From an uncultured Actinomycetes bacterium (GTDB lineage: Bacteria; Actinomycetota; Acidimicrobiia; IMCC26256; DASPTH01), in the NCBI GenBank assembly GCA_963725775.1, contig CAVRZT010000006.1, positions 14,734 to 78,733 of the forward strand: a stretch of DNA of 64,000 bases. The letters are read 5' to 3'. The position numbers and the translations under genes were made by a program. Positions 31,199-41,515 of this stretch are shown here, piece after piece. Positions within the stretch are counted from its first letter, which is position 1, and each line of letters opens with the position of its first letter. Under the pieces are notes generated by a model that saw only the letters and a program-made list of their open reading frames with translations, had not been told where the DNA came from and searched no databases.

Positions 31199-31860
31199 GG
31201 GCGCGACCCCTCGTCGGTCGACGGCGCGTCAGCCGGTCCCTCGTCGACACGGAACTCCGGCATCGTCGCGTGGCCTCCGTGGGCGATGCCCTGCGGACGC
31301 ACCATCTGCTGCACCGTGCTGGCGAGGATCCTGACGTCGAGCCGGAGCGTGCGGTGGTCGACGTACCACACGTCGAGCGCGAACTTGTCGTCCCACTCGA
31401 GGTCGTTGCGCCCGTTCACCTGCGCCCAGCCGGTGATGCCGGGCCGCACCTCGAGGCGCCGGGCCTGCGTCGGCGTGTACCGCTCCACGTACCTCACCGG
31501 CAACGGGCGCGGCCCCACCAGGGCCATGTCACCCCGCAGCACGTTGAAGATGGAAGGCAACTCGTCGATGCTGGTCGACCGGAGGAGCGCACCGACCCGG
31601 GTGATGCGCGCCGCATCCGACTCCGGGATGGTCTCCCCGGGTCGCAACCCGCGCATGGTGCGGAACTTGAGGAGCTCGAAGGGCCGACCATCCATCCCGG
31701 CGCGGCGGTCGCGGAAGAGCACGGGTCGACCCATCGTCGCGAGCACCGCGAGCGCCGCCACCGCGAGGACCGGTGCCGCGACGACGACCATCGCGGTGGC
31801 GAGCACGACGTCGACCAGCCGCCGCGACACCTCCCGGAGCCCCGTGACCACCGCATTCAT
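31195..31860 (-). CDS. small PglC/WbaP-C-type undecaprenyl-phosphate sugar phosphotransferase
   Basis: ATG 31860. Single re-entrant helix, then motifs KFRTM and DELPSIFNVLRGDMALVGPRP. Confidence 0.9.
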   Translation of the reverse strand: MNAVVTGLREVSRRLVDVVLATAMVVVAAPVLAVAALAVLATMGRPVLFRDRRAGMDGRPFELLKFRTMRGLRPGETIPESDAARITRVGALLRSTSIDELPSIFNVLRGDMALVGPRPLPVRYVERYTPTQARRLEVRPGITGWAQVNGRNDLEWDDKFALDVWYVDHRTLRLDVRILASTVQQMVRPQGIAHGGHATMPEFRVDEGPADAPSTDEGSRP

Positions 31861-32045
31861 CGACTGGCGTCCTCGTTCGACATCGTGACCCGACGCAACG
31901 CGCCCGTGCCCCCGTACCCGCGTGCGAGCCGCCCATGGTAGAGGGCTCCCCGACCGGTGCCGTCCGTCCGTGCACCCGCGCCTCGGTACGCTGCGTCGGC
32001 CGGACACCGGTCCGCGAACCACGCCGCCGGTCGCGGGAGGTGGGC

Positions 32046-32966
32046 ATGCACGCGATCGCGGACGTCATCAGCGAGCCGGCGTTCCTCGGTGCGCTGGCGG
32101 TCTCGCTGGGGGGATCGCTGCTGGTCCTGGTCCTGGTCCTGGTCCCGGGCGGCGTGCGCACCCGTGCCCTCCCGGTCGGCGGCCTGCTGATCGCCGCCGC
32201 CACCGCTGTTGGCCTCGTCGTGTCCGACGCCCTGGCCGGCGGCACGCGCTGGCTGCTCGCCGGCTCGCTCGTCCTGGCGCTGGGCGGGAGCGTCCGCCGG
32301 GCGCTCCCCGCGGTCGGGATCGTCGTGCTCGCCGCCGGCGCGGTCGGCATCTCGTACGCCGTCGCGGTGGTCGACGGCAGCACCTGGGTGCGGGTGCTGG
32401 TGATCGGCGCCACGACCGCCGGCGCGCTGGGCACGGCCCGGGTCGACCGGACGTACGCCCGCTTCGGGCTCGGCCCGTGGCTGCTGGCGGTGACGGCGGC
32501 CGGGGTGTTCGTGTGCGTCCCCGACACCGAGCAGGCGATCCCGCTCTTCGCCGCCTCGCTGGGGCTCCTGGTCGCGCTCCGCCCTCCGGCGAGCCTGCGC
32601 CTCGGGAGCGCCGGCGCCGCGGTCGGGATCGGTCTCGTGCTCTGGGCCGCGGCCGTGGGCGGCACCGGACGGCCGGGTTCGGTGGTCGGGGCGGCCGGCT
32701 GCCTGGGCATGCTCGTGGTCGAACCCGTGGTCGAGGCGCTCCTCGGCGCCCGGCGCGTCGCACCTCCCGGGGCAGCACCGGCCCGCCCCGACGGACCGGA
32801 CGGCACCCGGACGCTCACCGTTGGCGTCGTGCACGTGGTGGTGGTGCTGTTCTGCGCCCGCGTCGCCGGGTTCCGGTCGTCTGCGGCGGTGGCCGGGGTG
32901 CTGGTCACGCTGGCGCTGGTGGCGGCGGGCGTCCTCCTCGCCGTTGCCTGGCGACCACGACGCTGA
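32046..32966 (+). CDS. hypothetical polytopic membrane protein
   Basis: ATG 32046 in ORF 31935..32966. Ala/Gly/Leu/Val-rich with about 8-9 hydrophobic spans and high GC3. No family recognised. Confidence 0.5.
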   Translation: MHAIADVISEPAFLGALAVSLGGSLLVLVLVLVPGGVRTRALPVGGLLIAAATAVGLVVSDALAGGTRWLLAGSLVLALGGSVRRALPAVGIVVLAAGAVGISYAVAVVDGSTWVRVLVIGATTAGALGTARVDRTYARFGLGPWLLAVTAAGVFVCVPDTEQAIPLFAASLGLLVALRPPASLRLGSAGAAVGIGLVLWAAAVGGTGRPGSVVGAAGCLGMLVVEPVVEALLGARRVAPPGAAPARPDGPDGTRTLTVGVVHVVVVLFCARVAGFRSSAAVAGVLVTLALVAAGVLLAVAWRPRR

Positions 32967-32975
32967 CCCGGTCGG

Positions 32976-33182
32976 TCAGCGCCGGCCGAACAGGAGCAGC
33001 CAGGCGACCGGGGCCAGGATGATCGCACTCACGAGCAGGCCGATGAGCGGGAGCCCGCCCCGGGCGATGGTGATGACCAGCACGGGGACGGCGAGCAGGA
33101 CGAGCACGATGATCACGAGCGCCAACGCCGGCACCCGCCCGCGGCGTCCCGTCGTCACACCCGGCCCTTCGTCCACACCCAC
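32976..33182 (-). CDS. hypothetical small two-TM membrane protein
   Basis: 68-aa ORF with a GTG start. Two hydrophobic spans, RR tail, host-like GC3. Convergent with 32046..32966. Confidence 0.4.
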   Translation of the reverse strand: MGVDEGPGVTTGRRGRVPALALVIIVLVLLAVPVLVITIARGGLPLIGLLVSAIILAPVAWLLLFGRR

Positions 33183-33278
33183 CTCCGACGTTTCGCCGCT
33201 CGCGACGTTTCGCCGCTCGGCCGTCCAGCTTTGCCCACTTCCGGCGCGGAACGGTGGATATCCGGCGGGTCCGCGACC

Positions 33279-34358
33279 TCACCGCCACAGGTCGTCGAGC
33301 ACGCCCATCCATTCGGCTGCGACTCGCTCGAGCGTGAACCGCTCGCGGCACCGTCGACCGGCGTGCGCCCCCAGCTGCTCGCGGTCGGCGAGCGCCCGGT
33401 CGATCCCGCCCGCCAGCGCACCGGCGTCGCCGGCCGCCACGAGCACCCCCGTGCGGTCGGGGACCACGATCTCCCGCACGAACCCGACGTCGGAGGCGAC
33501 GACCGGGAGCTCGCAGAGCCCGGCCTCGATGAGCACTGCGGGCATCCCCTCGGTGCGGCTGGGGAGCACGACGACGTCGGCAGCGTGGTACTGCGGACCG
33601 GGATCCTCGGTTCGGCCGAGGAACCGGACCCGCCCCGGGGCGTCCGCATCCGCGAGGCGCTCCAACCGGTCCCGTTCGAGACCGTCGCCCACGATCAGGA
33701 GCGTGAGGTCCGGGCGTGCCGCCACCGCCGCGATCGCGACGTCGACGTTCTTCTCCGGGCTCAGGGCGCCGACGTAGAGCGCGACGGTCGCGGTGTCCGC
33801 GAGCCCGAGTGCGTCACGCGCGGCGCGGCGCTCCCCGGGACCTGCGGGCACGAAGCGCGTCCCGTCGACGCCGTTCGGCACGATCCGCACGCGGTCGGGC
33901 CGCACGCCCAGGGTCGTGGACAGGACGTCGGCCGTACCCGAGGTCAGCGCCACGATCCGCTGCATCCGGGCCAGCAGGAGCCGGGTCCGGAGCCGGCGCG
34001 CCCGGGTGTTCGACCACTGGAGCGGGTCGCCGATGTTGCGGTACACGATCGGACGCCCGAGCCCGACCCCCGCGACGGCGCAGGCCGGGAGCGTGGTCGA
34101 GCCGTGCGCGACGACCGCGTCGGCGGCGCCCATGCGTCGTCGTAGGGCGGCGAGGGTCGCCACGCCGAGGCGGGTGGACCCGAGGGTCTCCACCGGGAGG
34201 CCGCCCGAGGCCCCGGGTGCGAGGGCCAGGGTGGTCACGCGGACCGTCGGCTCCAGCGCGGACGCCAGGGACAACGCGAACACCTCCGCACCCCGCGGGT
34301 CGGTGGAGGCGACGATCTGGAGGACTTCCCGGACCGCCGCGTCCCGCGCGCCCGTCAT
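33279..34358 (-). CDS. GT4-family glycosyltransferase
   Basis: ATG 34358 (ATGA overlap). Motif PSRTEGMPAVLIEAGLCELPVVASD. This is the C-terminal part of ORF 33279..35642. Confidence 0.85.
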   Translation of the reverse strand: MTGARDAAVREVLQIVASTDPRGAEVFALSLASALEPTVRVTTLALAPGASGGLPVETLGSTRLGVATLAALRRRMGAADAVVAHGSTTLPACAVAGVGLGRPIVYRNIGDPLQWSNTRARRLRTRLLLARMQRIVALTSGTADVLSTTLGVRPDRVRIVPNGVDGTRFVPAGPGERRAARDALGLADTATVALYVGALSPEKNVDVAIAAVAARPDLTLLIVGDGLERDRLERLADADAPGRVRFLGRTEDPGPQYHAADVVVLPSRTEGMPAVLIEAGLCELPVVASDVGFVREIVVPDRTGVLVAAGDAGALAGGIDRALADREQLGAHAGRRCRERFTLERVAAEWMGVLDDLWR

Positions 34359-35518
34359 CCGGTGAGCGCCCGGCGGTAGAACTCGAGCATGCGGGCGGCC
34401 ACCGCGTCGATGGTGAACCGCTGGACGAACCGCAGGTACCCGACCTCGACCCGCGCCGCCGCCGCCTCCGGCTCCCGCAGCGACGCCACGATGGCGTCGC
34501 CCAGCAGCCCGGCCGCGTCCGCAGGCACGAGGATCGCGCACGACTCGTCGACGACCTCGCGGATCTGGGGGATGTCGCTGACCACGACCGGCACCTCGAG
34601 CGCCATCGCCTCCATCACGGATCCCGGGGAACCCTCCCGCCGGGAGGGCAGGACGAAGAGATCGGCCGCCGAGAGCAGGTCGCCGACGTCGGTCCGGGCG
34701 CCGAGGAAGCGGACGGTTCCCTGGAGCCCGAGCCGCTCGACGGTCTCGCGCAACGCGTCCGAGTGGGCGCCCTCGCGGCCCGCGACCACGAGCTCGGCGT
34801 CGGGGGTCGCCGCACGGACCGTGGCCATCGCCTCGACCAGGACGTCGAGGCCCTTCTGGTGTTCCTGCCGCGCGACCGCGAGCACGAGCGGCCGGCCCGG
34901 CGCCACGCCGAGTCCGGCGCGGGCGGCGTCGCGGCGCTCGGGGAGTCGCCGACCGAGGGTGGCGGGGTCGCGGCCCCGCGGCACGACGTCGATGCGGTCC
35001 CGGGGGTAGTGGAGGTGGCCGGCCATCTCGTCGGCGATGAACTCGGAGACCGCGTGCATCCGGGTCGTGAGACGGGCGGTGGCGGCGTCGACGCCCTGCG
35101 CGGCGCGCACCTTCCACACCCGTAGCTCGGGGTCGTCGAGGTGCGAGTCCCCGTATCCCTCGTTCACCAGGCTGGACACGACCGGGGTCCGGGCGAGTCG
35201 CGCCGCCAGCCGGCCGCAGACGTCCGCCTCGTACAGCGTCGTGTGCACGAGGTCGGGGCGGCGGTCGCGCACGAGCGCCCGGAGCCCGCGCACCCAGTCG
35301 AGGCGGCGCGGCGGGGTCCCGATGAAGGTGACGCGGGCCCCGGACTCGGCGAGCACGTCCTGGAGCCCGGGACGGTCGTGGAGGTACACCACCTCGAGCT
35401 CGACCCCGGACCCGACGTAGTGCGGGGCGAGCGCGGCCAGCGAGCTCTCGGCACCGCCGGCGACCAGGCTGTCGATGACGTACAGGAGGCGGATCCCGCC
35501 TGTGGCGTCGGCACCCAT
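34355..35518 (-). CDS. GT4-family glycosyltransferase
   Basis: ATG 35518. Motifs LLYVIDSLVAGGAE and PSRREGSPGSVMEAMALEVPVVVSD. The rest of ORF 34355..36778 is antisense to the next gene. Confidence 0.85.
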   Translation of the reverse strand: MGADATGGIRLLYVIDSLVAGGAESSLAALAPHYVGSGVELEVVYLHDRPGLQDVLAESGARVTFIGTPPRRLDWVRGLRALVRDRRPDLVHTTLYEADVCGRLAARLARTPVVSSLVNEGYGDSHLDDPELRVWKVRAAQGVDAATARLTTRMHAVSEFIADEMAGHLHYPRDRIDVVPRGRDPATLGRRLPERRDAARAGLGVAPGRPLVLAVARQEHQKGLDVLVEAMATVRAATPDAELVVAGREGAHSDALRETVERLGLQGTVRFLGARTDVGDLLSAADLFVLPSRREGSPGSVMEAMALEVPVVVSDIPQIREVVDESCAILVPADAAGLLGDAIVASLREPEAAAARVEVGYLRFVQRFTIDAVAARMLEFYRRALTG

Positions 35519-35637
35519 GCCGGCAGCTCCTCGGTTCGCGTCCGGTCCGCAGAAAGATCGACTGGCCCGCCGACGTCGTGGCGGGACCACCGTAACCCCG
35601 TCGCGGCCGTCCGGACGGGAGGGTCCCCGAACGGCAA

Positions 35638-35643
35638 TACACT
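35638..35643 (+). promoter_or_regulatory. candidate -10 box TACACT placed for a leaderless transcript of 35651
   Basis: The TANNNT hexamer ends 7 nt before the A of ATG 35651. No Shine-Dalgarno purine run lies between them. Confidence 0.3.
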
Positions 35644-35650
35644 TTCCCGG

Positions 35651-36613
35651 ATGCGAATCCTCGTCACCGGCGGTGCCGGCTACATCGGCTCGCACCTCGT
35701 CGACTCGCTCTGCGAAGCGGGTCACCAGGTCAGCGTGCTCGACAACCTCACCACCGGACGGGTGGCCAACCTGAATGGCCGCCTCGGAGAGGTCCGGTTC
35801 GTGAACGGTTCCATCCTCGATGCCCCCCTGGTGGAGCGGGAGGTGGAGAGCGTCGAGATGGTCTTCCACCTCGCCGCCGCGGTCGGGGTGCGGCACATCG
35901 TCGACTCCCCCCTCGAGTCCCTGCTGGTGAACACCCGGGGCACCGAGAACGTGCTGAGCTCCTGCTTCAGGTACTGGCGGAAGGTCGTGGTCGCCTCGAC
36001 GTCCGAGGTCTACGGCAAGACCTCCAAGGTGCCGATGTGCGAGGACGACGACCGGGTCCTCGGCCCGACGACGGTCCACCGCTGGTCGTACTCGACCGCC
36101 AAGGCGATCGACGAGCACCTGGCGTTCTCGTACGCCGCCCACCAGCTCCCCGTCGTCATCGTGCGGTACTTCAACTCGTACGGCCCGCGCCTCGACGAGC
36201 GCGGGTACGGCTCGGTGGTCGCCAACTTCCTCCGGCAGGCGCTGAACGGCGAGCCGCTCACGGTGCACGGCGACGGCCTCCAGAGCCGGTGCTTCACCTA
36301 CGTCTCCGACACGGTGCGCGGCACCGCGCTCGCCGGCTTCACGCCCGAGGCCGAGGGCAAGGTGATCAACCTCGGGAACCCCCACGAGACGACCATCCTC
36401 GAGCTCGCCGAGAAGATCCGCGACGCGGTCGGCTCGCGCTCGGGGATCCAGACGACCGCCTACGAGGAGTACTACGGACCCGGCTTCGAGGACACCCGGC
36501 GCCGGGTGCCCGACATCACCCGGGCCGGGGAGATCCTCGACTGGCGGCCGGAGATCCAGCTCGAGGAGGGCCTCGGGCGGACCATCGAATGGTGGGCGAA
36601 GACCAAGACCTAG
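35651..36613 (+). CDS. NAD-dependent epimerase/dehydratase (UDP-glucuronate decarboxylase-like)
   Basis: ATG 35651 in ORF 35141..36613. Motifs VTGGAGYIGSHL and YSTAKAIDE. Confidence 0.85.
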   Translation: MRILVTGGAGYIGSHLVDSLCEAGHQVSVLDNLTTGRVANLNGRLGEVRFVNGSILDAPLVEREVESVEMVFHLAAAVGVRHIVDSPLESLLVNTRGTENVLSSCFRYWRKVVVASTSEVYGKTSKVPMCEDDDRVLGPTTVHRWSYSTAKAIDEHLAFSYAAHQLPVVIVRYFNSYGPRLDERGYGSVVANFLRQALNGEPLTVHGDGLQSRCFTYVSDTVRGTALAGFTPEAEGKVINLGNPHETTILELAEKIRDAVGSRSGIQTTAYEEYYGPGFEDTRRRVPDITRAGEILDWRPEIQLEEGLGRTIEWWAKTKT

Positions 36614-36699
36614 CCGTTCCCGCTCCTCAAGGCGGTACGCGCGCCGGCCGAACACCCGTGGGGAGACCTGGGAGCGGGATGCAGTGAGGAGACACGACC

Positions 36700-37923
36700 A
36701 TGGAGACGAGTGACGCGCCGCGGTGCCGTTCGTGCGGAGCACCGGACCTGCGCACGTTCCTCGACCTGGGCATGACACCCCTTGCCGACGCCCTCGTGCC
36801 GCCGGGCCCGCCCGACGCGCCCGAGCCGCGCTTCCCGCTCGAGGTCGCGTTCTGCCCGTCGTGCACCCTGGTCCAGATCCTCGAAGAGGTACCGCCCGAG
36901 CAGCTGTTCGTCGACAACTACCTGTACTTCTCGTCGTTCTCCGACCACCTGCTCGAGCACTCGCGCCGCCACGCGCTCGACCTCGTCGAACGTCGCTGCC
37001 TGTCCGGTGACAGCCTGGTCGTCGAGCTCGCGAGCAACGACGGGTACCTGCTGCGCAACTTCGTCGACCAGGGCGTGCCGGTGCTCGGCATCGACCCCGC
37101 TCCCGGGCAGGCCGAGGCGGCCGAGCAGGTGGGCGTCCCGACGCTCACGGAGTTCTTCGGCACCGACCTCGCCCGCCGGTTGGTCGACGAGGGCCGCCGC
37201 GCCGACGTCATCATCGCCAACAACGTGATGGCGCACGTGCCCGACCTCAACGGCTTCGTGGAGGGGATGTCACTCCTGCTGGCCGACGACGGGATCATCA
37301 CGGTCGAGAACCCCTACGTGCGCGACCTGATCGAGCACGCCGAGTTCGACACGATCTACCACGAGCACTTCTGCTACTTCTCGTGCACCGCGGTCGACGC
37401 CCTCGTCCGCCGACACGGCATGTACCTCAATCACGTCGACTACTTCCCCGACCTGCACGGCGGGACCCTCCGGTGGTGGATCGGCAAGCACGAGGACGTC
37501 AGTGACGACGCCCGCCGCTACCTCGACGACGAGGCCGCGACCGGCATGCGCGAGTTCGAGCACTACCGCGACTTCGCCGAGCGCGTCACCCGGATCCAGC
37601 GGTCGCTGGTCGGGCTCCTCCAGCAGCTGCGGGCCGACGGCAAGCGGATCGCCGCGTACGGCGCGGCCGCGAAGGGCAGCACGCTCGTGAACAGCTCGGG
37701 GATCGGCACCGACCTGGTCGAGTTCGTGGTCGACCGGAACGTGCACAAGCAGGGGCTGCTGATGCCCGGCGTGCACATCCCCATCCGCGCCCCGGAGGCC
37801 CTCATCGAGGAGCAGCCCGACTACCTGCTGCTCCTCGCGTGGAACTTCAGGGACGAGATCGTCGCCCAGCAGGACGAGTACGCCCGCCGCGGCGGCCGGT
37901 TCATCGTCCCCGTCCCGGAACCG
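36700..37923 (+). CDS. NDP-hexose C-methyltransferase-like protein (TylCIII type); no stop before the next module
   Basis: Zn-ribbon CRSCG..CPSC, SAM motif VVELASNDGY, and a C-terminal AYGAAAKGSTL domain ending GGRFIVPVPEPVV. The frame then reads straight on to 38298. Confidence 0.8.
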
Positions 37924-39136
37924 GTGGTGCTGTGGAGCGCGTCGGCGGAGCAACGGCCGGTGGACCCGTCGCTGGTGTGCCCGGCGTGCGGCCACGCCGG
38001 TCTCGACGTGTTCTACGAGCAGGCCAGCATCCCGGCCCACAGCACCCTGCTGCTGCCGAGCCGCGAGCGCGGTCTCGTACCCGCAGGGCACGCTGCGCCT
38101 CGGGTTCTGCACGAGCTGCGGCTTCATCACGAACACCGCGTTCGACGTCGGGCTCAACGAGTACTCGCGCCTGATCGAGGAGACGCAGGGGTACTCGCCG
38201 TACTTCCGGAACTGGTTGCGCGGCCTCGCCGACGAGTTCGTCGAGCGTTTCGACCTGCACGACAAGGAGGTACTCGAGATCGGATGCGGCAAGGGTGAGT
38301 TCCTCTCCTTCGTGTGCGAGGCCGGCCACGACCGCGGCCTCGGGATCGACCCCTCGTACATCGAGGGTCGGCTCGAGTCACCCGCGCTCGAGCGGATGAC
38401 CTTCCTCAACGAGCTCTACTCGGAGGCCCACGAGCCTCTGGTCGGTGACGCCGTCGTGTGCCGCCACACGCTGGAGCACATCGGTCCGGTCGCTGAGTTC
38501 GTGCGGACCGTGCGCCGGTCGATCGGCGACCGACGCGACGTCGTCGTGTTCTTCGAACTGCCGGAGACGCTCCGGGTCCTGCGAGAGTGCGCGTTCTGGG
38601 ACATCTACTACGAGCACTGCTCCTACTTCACCCCCGGCTCGCTCGCCCGGCTGTTCCGCCGCGAGGGCTTCGACGTCGTCGACGTCGAGCTCGATTACGG
38701 CGACCAGTACATCGTGCTGTACGCGCGGACCGCCTCCGGCGACGACCGCGTGCTGCCGCTCGAGGACGACCTCGCCGAGACCGCGGCGCTCGTCGACCAG
38801 TTCCGCGTCGAGGCTCCCCGGCGGCAGGCCGAGCTGGCAAAGCTCGCGACGGCCGCGCACGCGTCGGGGCGGCGCCCGGTCATCTGGGGCGCAGGTTCCA
38901 AGGGCGTGTCGTGGCTCACCACGCTGGGCCTCACCGAGGAGATCGAGTACGCCGTCGACGTCGACCCCCACAAGTGGGGCATGTTCATGGCGAGCACGGG
39001 CCAGGAGATCGTGGGGCCCGACGCCCTGCGCGACTACCGGCCCGGGGTGGTGTTCGTGATGAACCCGATCTACGTCGACGAGATCCGGGGCGACCTCGCG
39101 GCGCGCGGGCTGCAGCCCGAGCTCGTTCCCGTCTGA
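37924..39136 (+). CDS. Zn-ribbon class I SAM methyltransferase, paralog of 1967..3166 (one frame break near 38068)
   Basis: In-frame GTG at 37924/37927. Motifs CPACG..CTSCG, VLEIGCGKGEF and IWGAGSKG. N-terminal 48 aa are in the frame of 36700 and the rest is in ORF 38216..39136. Confidence 0.75.
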
Positions 39137-39150
39137 ACGCCCACCGACCG

Positions 39151-40448
39151 ATGGACCAGCCGCGCATCGGCGTCGTGTCCGTGCCGTGGACGGGTGTGCC
39201 CCCCAAGAGCAGTTTGGGGAGCATCGGCAACATCGTCCACGAGATCACCCGGCCGCTCGTGGACCGCTACCGATTCACCCTGGTCGGCGGCACCTCGCGT
39301 TCGCGAGAGCGCGAGGTGTCCGGCCCCGAGTACGTCGCCGTCGACGACGCCGTCGACCGCCGCTGGCTCGACCCGCTGGCCCGGGCCACCGCGTTCGCGC
39401 GCGGCGATCGCCGGGCCGACGCGCAGCTCGCGTCGTTCCACCGGCGGTACGCGTCGGACGCCGCGGCACACCTGGCGACGGCGCGGTGCGACGTGGTGCT
39501 GGTCCTGGAGTACCCGCAGTGGATCCCCATCCTCCGGCGCCGCGCTCCCTGCCGCGAAGATCCTCTACTGGGGCGAGTCCGGGATCTCGGTGCTGACCCA
39601 CGGCGACGCGTTCGCGACCTACGCCAGCGGCGCCGACGGCGCGGTCGCGTGCAGCCGGTACGTGCAGGGGTGCATCGAGGAGCGCGCGCCCGCGCTGCGC
39701 GGCCGCGTCCACGTCGCGTACAACGGCTTCGATCCCGAGCGCTTCCGGCCGGTGGAGGACGGAACCCGGTCCTCCACCATCGTCACCGTCGGGCGCGTGA
39801 CCCCCGACAAGGGCACGCACGTCCTCGTCGACGCGTTCCGGTGCCTCGCCGCCGACCGCCCCGAGCTCGAGCTGGTGATCGGCGGACCGCTCTGGATCAC
39901 CGATCCCGGGTCCTTCGGCGGGCTCGGCGTCGGGCACGAAGACGAGATCGAGCTGCTGGCGCGCCCGAACCTGCCCACCCTCCGCCAACGCGTGGAGCGC
40001 AAGGCCCGGCGCCGGCCGGCGGGACCGCTCCCGTTCCGCACCGAGCTCGAACGCCGGAGCGGCCCGGTCGGCGACCGGGTCCACCTGGTGGGCTCCCTGC
40101 TCGCCGACGACCTCCCGGAACGGCTGCGCGGCGCGCGGGTGTTCGTCCAACCCTCGCTGGTCGAGGAGGGGTTCCCGCTGAGCGCGGTCGAGGCCCTGGG
40201 CTCCGGCGTGCCGCTCGTCGTCAGCGACCGTGGCGGGAGCCTCGAGATGGTCGAGGACGGCGAGAACGGCTTCGTGGTCCCGTCGGGCGACGCGACCGCG
40301 CTGGCCGAGGCGTTGCGGCCCATCGTCGACGATCCCGCGGTGCACGACCGCATGAGCTCACGGGCGCGTGAGCTCGCGCCGCGCTTCTCGTGGCCCGCGA
40401 GCGCCGAGGCGTTCGCCGGCGGCGATCGAGGCCGTCCTCGGCCGGTGA
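39151..40448 (+). pseudogene. GT4-family glycosyltransferase, at least 2 frame breaks
   Basis: ATG 39151 (ORF 38587..40371 frame). Switches near 39540 to the ORF 39194..40555 frame (PSLVEEGFPLSAVEALGSGVPLVVSD). A third switch near 40415 gives ..AAIEAVLGR-TGA at 40448. Confidence 0.75.
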
Positions 40449-40460
40449 GCCCGTCGCCGG

Positions 40461-41513
40461 TCAGCCGGCGGAGTGCGAACCGGTGGCGTGGGCGTCCGAC
40501 CAGCGGAGGTCGCTCCCCAGCCGGCTCTCGGCGAGGAGCTCCCGGACCCGCATGATGCGCTGGAGCCGCGGACCGGTGAGGTCTTCGAGCGAGAGGCCCG
40601 CCTCCCGGTAGGCGTCCCGGAGCTCCTCGACGCCCAGCGCGACCGTCCAGCGCGGCTCGAACCCCGGCACCGTCTCGGCCAACAGGTCGCAGTTGACGCG
40701 GTAGTTCCGGAGGTCCGGTCCCGCGTCGTCGGCCAGGGTCACGGTGCTGCCGGGCACGAGGTCCCGCACCAGGGCGGCGACGTCGCGGATCTGGTAGTTC
40801 TCCTTCGTCGCGCCGACGTTGAAGGCGCGGTCGTGCACCACGTCGCGGGGCTGCTGCATCAGGCCCAGGAACGCGCGGGCGATGTCCTCGATGTGGACGA
40901 GCGGGCGCCACGGCGTGCCGTCGCTCTTCAGGAACACCTCACCGGTCGTGACCGCGTACCCGACGAGGTTGTTCACCACGAGATCGCCCCGGAGCCGGGG
41001 CGAGACTCCGTAGGCCGTGGCGTTGCGGAGATAGGTCGGGCTGAACGAGTCGTCGGCGAGCGCGGCGAGGTCCTGCTCGGCCCGTACCTTCGACCACCCG
41101 TAGGGAGTCACCGGGTTGAAGGACGCGCTCTCGTCGAGGAAGTCGTCACCGGCGGCCCCGTAGAGGCTGCACGACGACGAGAAGAGGAACCGCTCCACGC
41201 CCGCTCGCTTCGCCTGCTCGGCGAGGTGCGTCGTCCCCCGGTGGTTGATGTCGTACGTGCACTCCGGATCGAGGTCGCCGAGCGGATCGTTCGAGATGCC
41301 GGCGAGGTGCACGACGGCGTCGAAGCCGAGGAGGTCGTCGCTGGTGACATCGCGGATGTCGCGGATGCGGTCGTCGAGTTGCGGCGGTTCGCCGAGGTCG
41401 CAGCCGTCGAACAGCCCGCTGTCGAGGCCGACCACGTCGTGGCCGGCATCCTGGAAGAGCGGCACCAGGCGGGTACCGATGTACCCGCGGTCGCCGGTGA
41501 CGAGGACGCGCAT
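40461..41513 (-). CDS. NAD-dependent epimerase/dehydratase
   Basis: ATG 41513 within ORF 40461..42392. Motifs [12 protein letters not shown] and YGWSKVRAE. Intact. Confidence 0.85.
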   Translation of the reverse strand: MRVLVTGDRGYIGTRLVPLFQDAGHDVVGLDSGLFDGCDLGEPPQLDDRIRDIRDVTSDDLLGFDAVVHLAGISNDPLGDLDPECTYDINHRGTTHLAEQAKRAGVERFLFSSSCSLYGAAGDDFLDESASFNPVTPYGWSKVRAEQDLAALADDSFSPTYLRNATAYGVSPRLRGDLVVNNLVGYAVTTGEVFLKSDGTPWRPLVHIEDIARAFLGLMQQPRDVVHDRAFNVGATKENYQIRDVAALVRDLVPGSTVTLADDAGPDLRNYRVNCDLLAETVPGFEPRWTVALGVEELRDAYREAGLSLEDLTGPRLQRIMRVRELLAESRLGSDLRWSDAHATGSHSAG

Positions 41514-41515
41514 GA

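Noticed and set aside
33279-36778. The ORF-track giants 33279..35642 (787 aa) and 34355..36778 (807 aa) read as single large proteins.
   Set aside because: Each is a normal GT4 gene (starts at 34358 and 35518) extended upstream through non-coding or antisense sequence. An ATGA overlap and the N-terminal GT4 motifs fix the real starts.
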